A program made the position numbers and the translations under genes. From positions 169,198,001-169,262,000 of the forward strand of contig JBNRSN020000008.1 of NCBI GenBank assembly GCA_051313645.2: a DNA stretch of 64,000 nucleotides, in the 5' to 3' direction. The stretch comes from Centroscyllium fabricii. Its lineage: Eukaryota. The notes below the pieces were generated by a model that worked only from the letters and a program-made list of their open reading frames with translations, did not search any database and was not told where the DNA came from. Positions 1 through 12,465 of the stretch are shown one piece after another (positions within the stretch are counted from its first letter, which is position 1; every line of letters begins with the position of its first letter).

Positions 1-800
1 TTCAGGCTTGGGCTGACAAGTGGCAGGTAACATTTGTGCCACACAAGTGCCAGGCAATGACTATCTCTAACAAGCGATCGTCTAATCACTGCCCCATGAC
101 ATTCAATGGCATTATCATTGCCAAATCCCCCAACAATATCCTGGGGGGTCACCATTGACCAGAAACTGAACTGGACCAGCCACAGAAATACTGTGGCAAC
201 AAGAGCAGGTCAGAGGCTGGGTATTCTGCGACGAGTGTCTAACCTCCCGACTCCCTAAAGCCTTTCCACCACCTAGAAGGCACAAGTAAGGAGTGTGATG
301 GAATACCCTCCACTGGCCTGGATGAGTGCAGCTCCAAAAACACTCAAGAAGCTCAATACAATCCAAGACAAAGCAGCCCACTTGATTGGCACCCCATCTA
401 CCACCATAAACATTCACTCCCTCCACCACCGACGTACTGTGGCTGCAGTTAGTACCATCTACAAGATGCACTGCAGCAACTCGCCAAGGTTTCTACGGCA
501 GCACCTCCCAAACCCGTGACCTCTACCACAAGGGCAGCAGGCGCATGGGAACAGCACCACCTCCAAGTTCCCCTCCAAGTCACGCACCACCCCGACTTGG
601 AAGCATATCGTAATTCTATTATCGTCGCTAGATCAAAATCCTGGAACTCCCTCCCTAACAGCACTGTGGGAGTACCTTCACCACACGGACTGCAGTGGTT
701 CAAGGCAGCGGCTCACCACCACCTTCTCATGGGAAACTAGGGATGGGCAATAAATGCTGGCCTTGCCAGCAATGCACACATCCCATGAATGAAAATAAAA
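1..800 (+). mobile_element. 3' fragment of a CR1/L2-group LINE (family X)
   Basis: Degenerate RT C-terminus (YKAQVRSVMEYxPLAWMSAAP..KKL..IQDKAAHLIG), then AATAAA and an A-rich tail. The same family occurs at 1195, 32146 and 54245. Confidence 0.85.
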
Positions 801-814
801 ATTCCCCGAGTCCA

Positions 815-1170
815 AATTTATTGTGTAAATTGTGAAAAACGATGGCCCCAGCATCTATGCTTGTGGAATACCACTTTCGACCTTTTCCAAATGTGATTAA
901 CTACCTTTAGCCCCTACTCTCTGTTTTCTAGCCAGTATGCTATTCATTCTGCTGAAAGGTCATCAACCTGAAATGTTAACTCTGTTTCTCTCTCCACAGA
1001 TGCTGCCTGACCTGCTGGCTATTTCTAGCATTTTCTGGTTCTATATCCATTCTGCTATTTGTCCCCAACTCCACATGTTCTGACTTTAGTCATGAGTCTA
1101 CTATCAACCTTATCGAAGGCTTTTTCAAAATCCAAATCTATTACATCTATTGCATTACCCTCATCTACCC
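815..1170 (-). mobile_element. Old CR1 RT fragment interrupted by a Penelope-type 3' tail (about 950-1042, + strand)
   Basis: Minus strand shows SGxPQ..LGP-like and LDF.KAFDKV-like remnants. The insert ctgaaaggtcatcaacctgaaatgttaactctg..gatgctgcctgacctgctg matches the Penelope tail at 21430-21530. Confidence 0.6.
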
Positions 1171-1194
1171 TTTTTACTATCTTTTTTAAAATTC

Positions 1195-1612
1195 ATTGAT
1201 GGGATGTGGGCGTCGCTGGGTGGCTAGGCCTGCATTTAGTGCCCATCCCTAATTGCCCTCGAGAAGATGGTGGTGAGCCGCCTTCTTGAACCGCTGCATT
1301 TCATATGGTGTAGGTACACCCACAATGTTGTTAGGGAGTTCAAGGATTTTGGCCCAGCGACAGTGAAGGAGCAGCGATACAGGTCCAAGTCAGGATGGTG
1401 TGTGGCTTGGAGGGGAACTTGTAGGTGGTGCTGTTCCCATGCATCTGCTGCCCTTGTCCTTCTAAGTGGTAGAAGTCGCGGGTTTGGAAGGTGCTGTTGA
1501 AGGAGCTTTGGCGAGTTGCTGCAGTGCATCTTGTAGATGGTACACACTGCAGCCACAGTGCGCCGGTGGTGGAGGGAGTGAATGTTGAAGGTGGTGGATG
1601 GAGTGCCAATCA
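1195..1612 (-). mobile_element. 5'-truncated LINE family X, 3' end
   Basis: ORF 1236-1613 reads IGTPSTTFNIHSLHHRRTVAAVCTIYKMHC, homologous to 1-800. Confidence 0.85.
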
Positions 1613-1614
1613 AG

Positions 1615-1951
1615 TGGGCCGCCGAAGGACCGAGAGCCGCAGAACGAGCCTGGCACTGGAGGGAAGTGCCCGGCTCAGCTGAGGGAGAGCTCGCCCCGCT
1701 GGGGGAGCCGGAGACCGAGCCCAGTACTCGGGGGAAGTGAGGGCTCAGCTGAGGGAGGGCTCACCCTGCAGATTTTACATTTCCTGTCGAGCAGTGCAAG
1801 GGATGGAATGGGAATGTAATACTTACTACACCGGTATGATTCAAATTAACTTTCAAAATGGGTCAGGTTTGGCGCAACTCGGGTCATTTTGAAATTTCGG
1901 TTTTTGGAGCTTTTCGGTTTTTGGAGTTGCAGATAAAGGATTGTGCACCTG
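1615..1951. mobile_element. Truncated Tigger/pogo-like MITE, right end only
   Basis: Ends gataaaggattgtgcacctg|TA, the same terminus type as the MITE at 40852-41628. Confidence 0.6.
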
Positions 1952-2511
1952 TATAGGCAAATGTGGCAGTCATTTTATCCACACGAGTTCACCTAAATAA
2001 TATCAGTTTCTGGTAGTACAGGTTGAGCACCGGTAATCCGTTACCCGATAAGCCGGCTGCTTCAGTCTTCCGGAACAAATTGCCCCGACTGCCCTGCGGA
2101 TGCGCAAAATGGCTGCCATGATCGATGCTTCAGTGAATGATCTGCGCATGCGCAGATCATTCACAATGGCCGGCGCGAAGTTTTTAATGATCTGTGTGTA
2201 GTAACCATTATATGTCTACTATTCCTGTGTACCATTATGGCTAATGACGGTCTGTGCAGATGTTAGGCACAGCCCAGTATTCTGTGATTCTGTTGGGAGC
2301 CAGGTCAGCCACACCCCTAACTCCTCCCCCAGGTGAGGCCCGTTATAGGTAAGGTCTGACCAAGGCTCCTTCATTCCTGGACAGTAGTTCGTCTGGAGAG
2401 TAGCTCCATTCTTTAGCAATTAAAAGCCTTTAGTTTCGGCAACTACTCGTAGTCTCTTTTAATTGAAGTTACTGACGATACGTCAATTTTAATTGCTAAA
2501 TATTTTTAATA

Positions 2512-4424
2512 ATGGAGAGCAGCACAGTTAAACCGGAAAAGCTGGACATCAGCCCCCAGGACCCTGCTGCTCCCGTTACCTACGAACACTGGTTCGGCCT
2601 TCTGGAGGCCGACATGGACGCCGCCAAGGCTACAACAGACAAGGACAAACTGCATGTCCTATGATCAAGGATCTCCAGCAGAGTCTTCACCCTCGTCAGG
2701 AACGCTTCAACCTACGTAGCGACTATCGAAATCCTGAAGAAATGTTACGAGCGCCCGGTCCACTCAGTCTACGCCCGACATGTGCAAGCTACCAGACCCC
2801 AGTTACCGGGTGAGTCAAATGAGGAGTTCGAGCAAGCGCTCCTGGCCCTGGTACGGTCCTGTGGCTGCAAAGGCACAACGATTGCAGAGGAGGAAGAACT
2901 CCTCGTTCGGGACGCTTATGTTACAGGCCTGAGGTGTGGAGAAGCCCGCCAGCGGCTGCCAGAGAGAGACAATTTATCCCTCAACGAGGCGACTAAGATA
3001 GCCAGATTGGTAGAGGGGGCTCGAAGCAAGTTACAGGCGTATAGCGGCACTAACCCGCAAGCCTACAACATATGGGCCGCGCCACAACAGGTCCAGGCCT
3101 GGGCGCCACGGGCCGAGGCCCCCACGATGGCCGCGACGGCCACTAAGGACACTAAAAACAAGCGCTGCTACTTCTGCAGCCAGGGACTGCACCCTAGAGC
3201 GAAATGCCCAGCCAGAACAGCGACCTGCGACAAATGTGCGAAGAAGGGACATTACGCTAAAGCCTGCAAATCAGCCTCAGCAGCTCCCAACTCAAGGTAC
3301 AACAGTGCAGCCTGTGAGAGCACCGACAGAGACCAGGTAAGCTGCATTAGCAGCGCGATCCAGCGACGGTATGGGGGTAAACAACAAGCGCCCCCATCCC
3401 CCATCCCGATGCAGAAACGGCCGGCCAAGCGCGACCCCCCAACGCGGCCGGCTGCGTGCGAATCACGGGCACCGCCAACCCGACCACCGCAGCCCGCTGC
3501 GTGCGAATCACGGGCACCGCCAACCCAACCACCGCGGCCCGCTGCGTGCGAATCACGGGCACCGCCAACCCGATCACCGCGGTCCGCTGCGTGCGAATCA
3601 CGGGCGCCGCCAGCGCGTTCACAGGGCCCCACCGCGTGCGTCCCCTCGGCAACGCCATTTTGTATCCAGGGCCCCTCCACGTGCGAGCCAGGGGCGCCGC
3701 CATCTTGTATCCAGGGCCCCTCCATGTGCGAGCCAGGGGCGACGCCATCTTGTCTACGGGGCCCCACCAGGTGCGGGCCAGGGGCGACGCCATCTTGTAT
3801 CCAGGGCCCCTCCATGTGCGAGCCAGGGGCGTCGCCATCTTGTGCTCAGCCCCGATCAGCAGGGGCTGCAACAACCAGAATCAGGGTTAGCCAGGGCAAG
3901 CCCCATACCCTGTCTAATTCGATAATGCCGATTGCCATTAACAATCACACTGTCGACTGCCTTTTCGACACAGGCAGCAATGAGAGTTTCGTTCACCCCG
4001 ATACAGTGCGGCGCTGCGGACTGCAGGTCCTGCCCACCAACTACCAAGTCTCCCTAGCTTCACAGTCCCACACCGCGGACGTTACCGGCTACTGCTCCGT
4101 CACGCTCACTGTCAAGGGGCGCGTGTACCGTAATTTTAAATTGTATACCCTCCAACAGTTGTGTGCCCCAGCCTTACTAGGTTTGGATTTCCGTGCCACT
4201 TCAGGAGTGTGACAATGGAGTTCGGCGGGACCTTGCCCCCCCTCACCCTCAGTAGCCGGGACAATCTCCCCCCCAAAGCGGAGCCCGGCCTGCGGCCTCT
4301 CCACCCTGAAAATCGACCCCCCCTCGCTGTTCGCCAACCTCGATCCGAAGTGCAAACCCATTGCCACTAAGAGTCGGCGGTACAGTGAGGGGGCTCGCAC
4401 GTTTATCAGGTCGGAGGTCAGGCG
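2512..4424 (+). pseudogene. Element A gag-protease (5' part of polyprotein), disrupted
   Basis: ATG at 2512 with an in-frame TGA at 2662. Two CCHC knuckles (CYFCSQGLHPRAKC, CDKCAKKGHYAKAC), protease LFDTGS, and a 1-bp frameshift near 4190. Confidence 0.92.
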
Positions 4425-7400
4425 TGTAACCGTCAATAACGTCTTCGGAGTCGAATAGTTGGTTAGAATAATCAGGCTTTTATTAACTACGATGACAATA
4501 CACAAGTATCCAACAGTGAGGCTGACTGTCCCCGGAATGGCATGGGGGATGGGGGCAGTCACTTATATACCTCCTCCAGCGGGGGAGGAGTCATGGGCGG
4601 CGCCAGGTATGCTCCTGGGATCCCGTACAGGTATTACATAGTATTACATGGTGATTCGTTATATACAGTGATATATGGTTTATCACATTCACCCCTTCTT
4701 TAAAAACAAAAGTATAGTGGGGTGAACAAAACACGGAGATACAGCGAGGTGAAAAAAACTAATAATTACATGGTGATTCGTCAACAACAAGAAAAAAAAT
4801 ATATACACAATCAGAGTTCTTATGACTATAAATTCAGTCTATCAGGCGGTTTTGTTATCCACGCTGATCTTCGCACCGCTGGTGGTGCCTGTGGTGTTCG
4901 TTGTCGTGGAGTGGCTGGTTGTGTCGGTTGTTCCCTTGATGCCGGTCGACTGATAGTGGTTATATCACTGCTGTGTGGCGGTGGTGCCCTGATTCTGGCA
5001 GCAGGGGGCGCGGTCTCTACTTCGTCCTCTGACTCTAGGGGGCGCGCTTTGTGGATCCAAGCTTGGTGCTCATTCGTGCTGCTCGCAGGTGCCTTGTGGG
5101 CATACTGGGGTACTGGGCCCACGTGTTGGGGCGTGTCCTTCGGCTTCGGCGGCGCGGGGAGCGTCACAGGGCTTTTTGGGTGCGCGGGCTGCTTGGCGGG
5201 GCTTTTTGGGAGATCATGTTGCTTGGCGGGGCTGGGTTTTGGGACTCCTGCTGGGGCTAGGTCCTTTATGGACACGGTGTCCTCCCTCCCGTTGGGCTTA
5301 TGCTATGTAAGCGTACTGGGGATTGGCGTGCAGGAGGTGGACCCGTTCGACTAGGGGATCTGCCTTATGTCCCCTCACATGCTTCCGCAGCAGGACCGGT
5401 CCCGGAGATAGTAGCCACGATGGTAGCGAGGTCCCGGAAGCTGACTTCCTGGGGAAGGCAAAAAGTCTTTCGTGAGGGGTGGCATTGGTGGCAGTACACA
5501 GGAGGAACCGGATAGAGTGGAGCGCTTCAGGGAGAACGTCTTGCCATCGGGTGACTGGGAGGTCTTTGGACTTTAGGGCTAACTGGATGGCTTTCCAGAC
5601 TGTGGCGTTCTCTCTCTCTACCTGTCCGTTCCCCCGGGGGTTGTAGCTGGTAGTCCTGCTAGTCGCGATGTCTTTCGCTAGCAGAAACTGACGCAGCTCG
5701 TCGCTCATAAAAGAGGCCCCCCGGTCACTATGGATATAGTTCGGGTACCCGAACAGGGAGAAGATGCTACTGAGGGCTTTGGTGACGGTGGCGGAGGTCA
5801 TATCCTGGCAGGGGATGGCGAAAGGGAAGCGGTAGTACTCATCTATAACGTTGAGGAAATAGACATTCCTGTTGGCTGAGGGAAGGGGCCCTTTAAAATC
5901 GACACTGAGTCGTTCAAAGGGGCGAGTGGCTTTGATCAAGTGCGCCCGATCTGGCCGGTAGAAGTGCGGCTTGCACTCCGCGCAGACCTGGCAATTGCTG
6001 GTCATGGTCTTGACCTCCTCGATGGAGTAGGGGAGGTTGCGGGACTTCATGAAGTGAACCAACCTGGTGACCCCCGGGTGGCAGAGGTCATTGTGGAGGG
6101 TTTGGAGACGGTCAGCCTGTGCGCTGGCACAGGTACCGTGTGATAGGGCGTCTGGGGGTTCGTTAAATTTCCCGGGCCGGTACAAGATATCATAATTGAA
6201 TGCCGATAGTTCAATTCGCCACCTTAGTATCTTGTCGTTCTTGATCTTACCCCGCTCTTTGTTGTTGAACATAAAAGCGACTGAGCGTTGGTCAGTCAAC
6301 AGGGTAAAACGCTTGCCGGCCAGGTAGTGCTTCCAGTGCTGCACTGCTTCAACAATGGCCTGGGCCTCCTTTTCGACTGAGGAATGACGGGTTTCGGGGC
6401 CTTGGAGGGTACGTGAAAAGAAGGCCACGGGTCTGCCCGCCTGATTAAGGGTGGCGGCCAGTGCAAAGTCCGATGCATCGCTTTCCACTTGGAATGGGAC
6501 GGACTCATCCACAGCGTGCATCGTGGCTTTGGCGATATCGTTTTTGATTCTGCAGAATGCCGAGTTGGCTTCTGCAGAAAGGGGAAAAGATGTCGTTTTA
6601 AGTAGTGGGCGAGCTTTGTCCGCATAATTGGGGACCCACTGGGCATAATAGGCAAAGAATCCCAAAATCCGTTTAAGAGATTTGGGGGAGTGGGGGATGG
6701 GAAGCCCCATGAGGGGGCGCATGCGGTCCGGGTCTGGACCGATGACTCCATTCTCCACCACGCTGCCGAGGATGGCTAGGCGGGTGGTGTTAAACACACA
6801 TTTCTCCTTGTTATATGTGAGGTTCAGGGTTTTGGCCGTAAGGAGAAATTTTTGGAGATTATCGTTATGGTCCTGCTGGTCATGGCCACAGATGGTTACA
6901 TTATCAAGGTACGGGAATGTCGCTCGCAGCCTGTACTGATCAACCATTCGGTCCATCTCCCTCTGGAAGACCGAGACCCCGTTTGTGACGCCAAACGGAA
7001 CCCTAAGGAAGTGATAGAGGCGACCGTCAGCCTCAAAAGCTGTATAAGGACGGTCCTCTGAGCGGATGGGGAGTTGGTGATAGGCAGATTTTAAATCGAT
7101 AGTAGAGTACACTTTAAATTGTGCAATTTGGTTCACCATGTCCGCTATCCGAGGGAGAGGGTAGGCATCTAGTTGGGTGAACCGGTTTATGGTCTGGCTA
7201 TAATCCACTACCATCCTATTCTTTTCTCCGGTTTTTACTACCACTACCTGTGCTCTCCAGGGGCTATTACTGGCCTCTATGACCCCTTCTTTTAGGAGGC
7301 GCTGCACCTCAGATTTTATAAATACCATGTCCCCAGCACTGTAGCGCCTACTCTTGGTGGCGACGGGCTTGCAGTCTGGGGTGAGGTTGGCAAAGAGGGA

Positions 7401-9077
7401 TGGAGGGGCAACCTTAAGGGTTGAGAGACCACAGGTAGTGTACAGGGGGTGCCGCTTTGAGCCGCGGTTTGTGACCGTGAGAGGGGGAAGGGGTCCGCCG
7501 AATGCCATGGTAACGCTCCGAAGGTGGCACTGAAAATCCAGTCCCAGTAGTAGGGGGGCGCAGAGCTGCGGCAGCACGTAAAAGCTAAAATTATCGAACA
7601 TTGCGCCCTGTACATTAAGCGTTACAATACAGCGCCCAGTGACGTCAGCGGATTCTGACTTGGACGCCATAGATATTCTTTGGCGCGCAGGGGTTATTTT
7701 AAGGGAGAGGCGCTTTACAGTATTTGGGTGAACAAAACTTACTGTGCTCCCACTATCGAACAGGCACACCACCTCTTCACCATTGACTTCCACCGGCATC
7801 ATCGACCTCTCCAGTGGCTGAATCTTCCTCTGGTCTAGGTTCATGGATGCTAGTACCGGGTCCTCCGGGATGTCTTGATCCGGAGATTCTTCCAGATCTG
7901 CTCCCCAAGATGGCTGCCGCCATGTGTTGCGCTGTTGAGTCCAAGATGGCCGCTGTTGCTGCCACGAGTGCTGCCGAGTGGGGGATGGGTGAGCCCGATA
8001 TTGCTGCTCCCCTGTTCCACACGCAGCGCTGCCCAGTTTTGATTTAGCATTAGGGCCTTTGTAAACCTTCGCATAGTGTCCCTTTTTGTCACACTTGGAG
8101 CAGATCGCTTCTTTAGCAGGGCAGCTGCGTCTTGAATGCTGTGGTTGCCCACAGAAGTAGCATTTCGCTTTAGCGTGGGCCGCTGTGAGAAGTTCATCTG
8201 GCGGTCGTTGTGCCAGCGCTGTCCAAGATTGCGGGGCTGGGCCCGTATAGTTACTTGAGTAGGATGATAAGTCCGTAGAGGCGCTATCCAGCGCGTGTCC
8301 CAAGTCTGTAGTGGCCTGTAAGTCTTGGCCATTCTGTTCCAGCAGTCTCTGCCTGGCATAGTCCGATTTCAGGCCTGTTACATAGGCATCCCTGATGAGG
8401 CTCTCCATATGCACTAGAGCCGTTTGCGCTCTGCAGTCACAGTCCCGTGCCAGAATTCTGAGGGCTCTTAGGAACTGCACACTCGACTCTCCATTCTGTT
8501 GCTTTCGGGTGGCGAGTATATGTCTCGCGTGGACTCTGTTTGGTGCCCGATTATATTCCGCCTCGAGGGTCCTGAGGGCTTCTTGGAACGATGGGGCGTC
8601 CACTATCATTGAATATACTTGCGGGCCCACCCGGGCGTGGAGGAGTCGCCGTTTTTGCTCCTCGGTCAGTATGACCGCCGCGTTGGCTCTGATGTACCCT
8701 TCAAGTACATTTCGCCAGTGTGAGAAGGCGTTTGATGCTCCAGAAGATCGGGGGTCAACTTCGAACACCGATGGTTTCAACATTGTAGTATCCATTTCCA
8801 GCAGTTAATAAAATTGTAACCGTCAATAACGTCTTCGGAGTCGAATAGTTGGTTAGAATAATCAGGCTTTTATTAACTACGATGACAACACACAAGTATC
8901 CAACAGTGAGGCTGACTGTCCCCGGAATGGCATGGGGGATGGGGGCAGTCACTTATATACCTCCTCCAGCGGGGGAGGAGTCATGGGCAGCGCCAGGTAT
9001 GCTCCTGGGATCCCGTACAGGTATTACATAGTATTACATGGTGATTCGTTACATACAGTGATATATGGTTTATCACA
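4425..9077 (-). mobile_element. Ty3/gypsy LTR retrotransposon B, nested in A in the opposite orientation
   Basis: 263-bp LTRs at 4425-4687 and 8815-9077 (about 3 substitutions). TSD AGGCG/GGGCG. PPT next to 4688. Confidence 0.97.
4826..8795 (-). pseudogene. Element B gag-pol polyprotein with one late frameshift
   Basis: 1165-aa ORF (5298-8795) plus its C-terminus in ORF 4826-5275, separated by a 1-bp insertion near 5298 relative to element C. The second knuckle has C>Y (HYAKVY). Protease LFDSGS, RT YLDN. Confidence 0.93.
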
Positions 9078-9082
9078 GGGCG

Positions 9083-11426
9083 TATGCTAAAGGAGGGGAT
9101 TATTGAAACCAGCACCAGCCCCTGGCGCACCCAAGTTGTAGTGGTGAAGTCTGGCGAGAAGCAACGGCTGGTGATCGATTACAGCCAGACTATCAACCGC
9201 TACACCGGGCTCGACGCCTACCCCCTTCCCCGCATCTCAGACATGGTCAATCAGATCACCCAGTACAAGGTGTTCTCTACGATCGACCTTAAATCGGCGT
9301 ATCATCAGCTCCCGATTCGGAAAGCCGACCGCCCCTACACCGCCTTCGAGGCGAACGGTCGGCTCTACCACTTCCTCCGGGTCCCCTTTGGCGTGACCAA
9401 CGGAGTGTCAGTGTTCCAACGGGAGATGGACCGTATGGTTGACCAAAATGACTTGCAGGCCAATTTCCCTTACCTGGACAACGTGACCATCTGCGGCCAC
9501 GACCAGCAGGACCACGATGCCAATCTGTCCAAATTCCTCGCCACGGCGGACAAGCTGGACCTTACGTATAACAAAGACAAATGTGTCTTTAATACAACCC
9601 GGCTCGCCATCCTCGGATACGTGGTGGAAAACGGGCTCCTCGGCCCCGACCCACAGCGTATGCGACCCCTGCAAGAACTGCCCCTACCTCACAACCCCAA
9701 AGCCTTGAGGAGATGCCTAGGGTTTTTCTCCTATTATGCACAATGGGTCCCACAGTTCGCAGATAAGGCTAGACCGCTCCTCAAGGCTGCCGCCTTCCCC
9801 CTTTCTGTAGAAGCCCAAACGGCATTCGCAAGGATAAAGGAAGACATTATCAAGGCGACCATGCTCGCTGTTGATGAATCCATCCCTTTCCAGGTGGAGA
9901 GTGACGCTTCGGACTTTGCCCTTGCTGCCACCCTGAATCAGGCAGGCAGGCCCGTAGCGTTTTTCTCCCGCACCCTACAGGGACCTGAAACTCGCCACTC
10001 AGCAGTGGAAAAGGAGGCCCAGGCCATCGTGGAGGCCCAGGCCATCGTGGAGGCCGTGCGCTACTGGCGTCATTACCTGGCCGGTAAGCGTTTTACCCTG
10101 CTCACCGACCAACGGTCGGTGGCGTTTATGTTTCACAATAAACTACGGGGTAAAATCAAGAATGATAAGATCCTGCGGTGGCGGATTGAACTCTCGACTT
10201 ACGAGTACGACATTCTTTACCGACCAGGCAACCTCAATGATCCCCCGGACGCACTGTCCAGGGGACCGTGCGCCAGTGCCCAGCTAGACCGGCTGAAGGA
10301 CCTCCACGACCGCCTTTGCCACCCGGGTGTCACCAGACTCGCCCACTTCGTTAAATCCCGTAGCCTCCCCTACTCCATCACGGAGATCAAGGCTATGACC
10401 CGAGAGTGCCCTGTCTGCGCCGAGTGCAAACCCCACTTTTTCCGGCCAGACACGGCGCACCTCATTAAGGCCACCCGCCCCTTTGAACGTCTCAGCGTGG
10501 ACTTCAAAGGCCCCCTCCCCTCCACCGACCGCAACTCATACTTCCTCACGGTAGTGGATGAGTTCTCCCGCTTCCCCTTCACCTTCCCCTGCCCAGATAT
10601 GACGAGCGCCACGGTGATCAAACACTTCACCACGCTGTTCGCCATTTTCGGTCTCCCCAGCTACATCCATAGCGACCGGGGGTCATCGTTCATGAGCGAT
10701 GAACTGCGCCAGTTTCTGCTCCAGAGAGGGGTTGCCACGAGCAGAACGACGAGTTACAACCCCCGGGGGAATGGCCAGGTAGAAAGGGAGAATGGGATCC
10801 ACTGGAAGGCGGTCACCCTGGCTCTCAAGTCCAGAGGCCTTCCAGTGTCCCATTGGCAGGCAGTCCTCCCAGACGCGCTGCACTCTATACGCTCTCTGTT
10901 ATGTACTGCCACTAACGCCACCCCGCACGATCTGATTTTCTCTTTTAACAGGAGGTCGACTTCGGGGACAGCTCTTCCCCCATGGCTGACGACGCCAGGA
11001 TCGGTTTTGCTTAGGAGGCACGTCCGGAGCCACAAAACAGACCCCCTGGTGGACAAGGTACTGCTCCTCCACGCGAACCCGCACTACGCCTTCGTGCAGT
11101 TCCCAGACGGGCGTGAGGACACCATGTCCATCAGGGACCTGGCTCCCGCAGGAACCACCACCGCAGCGCCCCCTGCCGGCCAGCAGGTCGACCACCCACC
11201 AGACGCACGATGGCCCCTGAATTTTCCTGAATACGACCCGGACGACGGGGACCAGTCGAGCCCAGCGCCACCTGAAGTCGCAGTGCCGGCAGATGCGGGC
11301 TATTCGACCCAGGAGGCACCACCACCAACACCGGAGCTCCGGCGGTCCTCCAGGCAGACACGACCGCCGGACAGACTTATTGTTAACTGTTCTACCCATT
11401 CACCCCCCCCGACTCAAAGTTTTTAA
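9083..11426 (+). pseudogene. Element A pol (RT-RNase H-integrase), cut off from gag by element B
   Basis: 780-aa ORF with RT (IDLKSAYHQ, VPFGVTN, YLDN), RNase H (ESDASD, EKEAQAIV), integrase HHCC and DFKG/SDRG/VERE. It rejoins 4424 in frame as ..EVRRMLKEG.. Confidence 0.93.
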
Positions 11427-12218
11427 GAAGGGGTGAATGTAGTAACCATTATATGTCTACTATTCCTGTGTACCATTATGGCTAATGACGGGCTGTGCAG
11501 ATGTTAGGCACAGCCCAGTATTCTGTGATTCTGTTGGGAGCCAGGTCAGCCACACCCCTAGCTCCTCCCCCAGGTGAGGCCCGTTATAGGTAAGGTCTGA
11601 CCAAGGCTCCTTCATTCCTGTACAGTAGTTCGTCTGGAGAGTAGCTCCATTCTTTAGCAATTAAAAGCCTTTAGTTTCGGCAACTACTCGTAGTCTCTTT
11701 TAATTGAAGTTACTGACGATACGTCACTGTGCATGCGCTGCCGAACGATCCCGGGATGGGCCTTCCCGAGCCGGGCCTCGCCTCACCGAGCCGGGCGGGG
11801 GTTTCCCGAGCCGGGCCAGGGCTTCCCGAGCCGGGCCTCACCTCGACTTACCGAGCCGGGGCGGGGCTTCCTGAGACGGCCCTCGCCTTACCGAGCCAGG
11901 GCTTCCCGAGCCGGGCCTTACCGAACTGGGCCGGGGCTTCCCGAGCCGGACCAGCGCTTCCCGAGCCGGGCCTCACCTCGACTTACCGAGCTGGGGCTTC
12001 CCGAGACGGCCCTCGCCTTACCGAACGATAAGCGCATGTGCAGACCACTCAAAATGGCCGCCGGCTTTTCGCGGCCGCCATTTTGAATGGTGGCCTACTC
12101 CTGCTCCTATTTCTTATGTGTGCGCATGCGCTCGCCGAAGCTTCAATCGTTCGTGATTTTCACTTTCCCGGCACGGGCCTGGTCTCACCCATGCCGGATT
12201 AACAGTGCTCAACCTGTA

Positions 12219-12465
12219 TTAGTTAAGGGAGCAATGTTAGCCAGGACACTGGAAGAATTCCCTACTCTTCTTCAAATAATTGCTTATCATCCACCTAACC
12301 ATCAGAACAGGCAGACGGGGCCTCAGTTTAATGTTTTGAAAAACAGCACCTTCAACGATGCAGTACACTTCCTCAGTCCGACAGCCCAGATTAAATCCTG
12401 GAGTGAGGCTTGAAGCCACATTGTCTGACTAAGAGGGGAGAGTGCTGCTCTCTGAGTCAAACTGG
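12219..12465 (-). mobile_element. Old SINE remnant (DeuSINE-like), continuing 1953-2018 across the MITE
   Basis: ccaggacactggaagaattccctactcttcttcaaat..cctcagtttaatg..gaaaaacagcaccttcaac..cagtac resembles the Deu-domain SINE core, recalled from memory. Confidence 0.5.

Larger units (their letters stand above)
2197..11726 (+). mobile_element. Ty3/gypsy LTR retrotransposon A (probably Mag-like), interrupted by element B
   Basis: 289-bp LTRs at 2197-2485 and 11438-11726 (TG..CA, about 3 substitutions). Perfect 5-bp TSD CTGTG. PPT AAGAAGGGGTGAA. Domain order gag-PR-RT-RH-IN. Confidence 0.97.
2019..12216. mobile_element. Tc1/mariner (Tigger-like) MITE of about 0.67 kb, split by gypsy element A
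   Basis: TA|caggttgagcaccggtaatccg ... cggattaacagtgctcaacctg|TA: 22-bp TIRs with 2 mismatches and a TA TSD. It contains a GC-rich degenerate repeat (ttcccgagccgggc) at about 11750-12030. Confidence 0.85.

Noticed and set aside
3252-3925. Multiple overlapping ORFs on both strands in the linker of element A
   Set aside because: They are by-products of GC-rich 45-bp tandem repeats inside gag.
4722-5354. 210-aa antisense ORF at the 3' end of B, considered as an env-like or accessory gene
   Set aside because: It is the antisense of the Pro-rich integrase tail, is not preserved at this length in sister element C, and shows no signal peptide or env features.
10014-10054. EAQAIV duplicated in the RNase H of element A
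   Set aside because: A simple 18-bp tandem duplication in a copy that is already dead, and absent from B and C.
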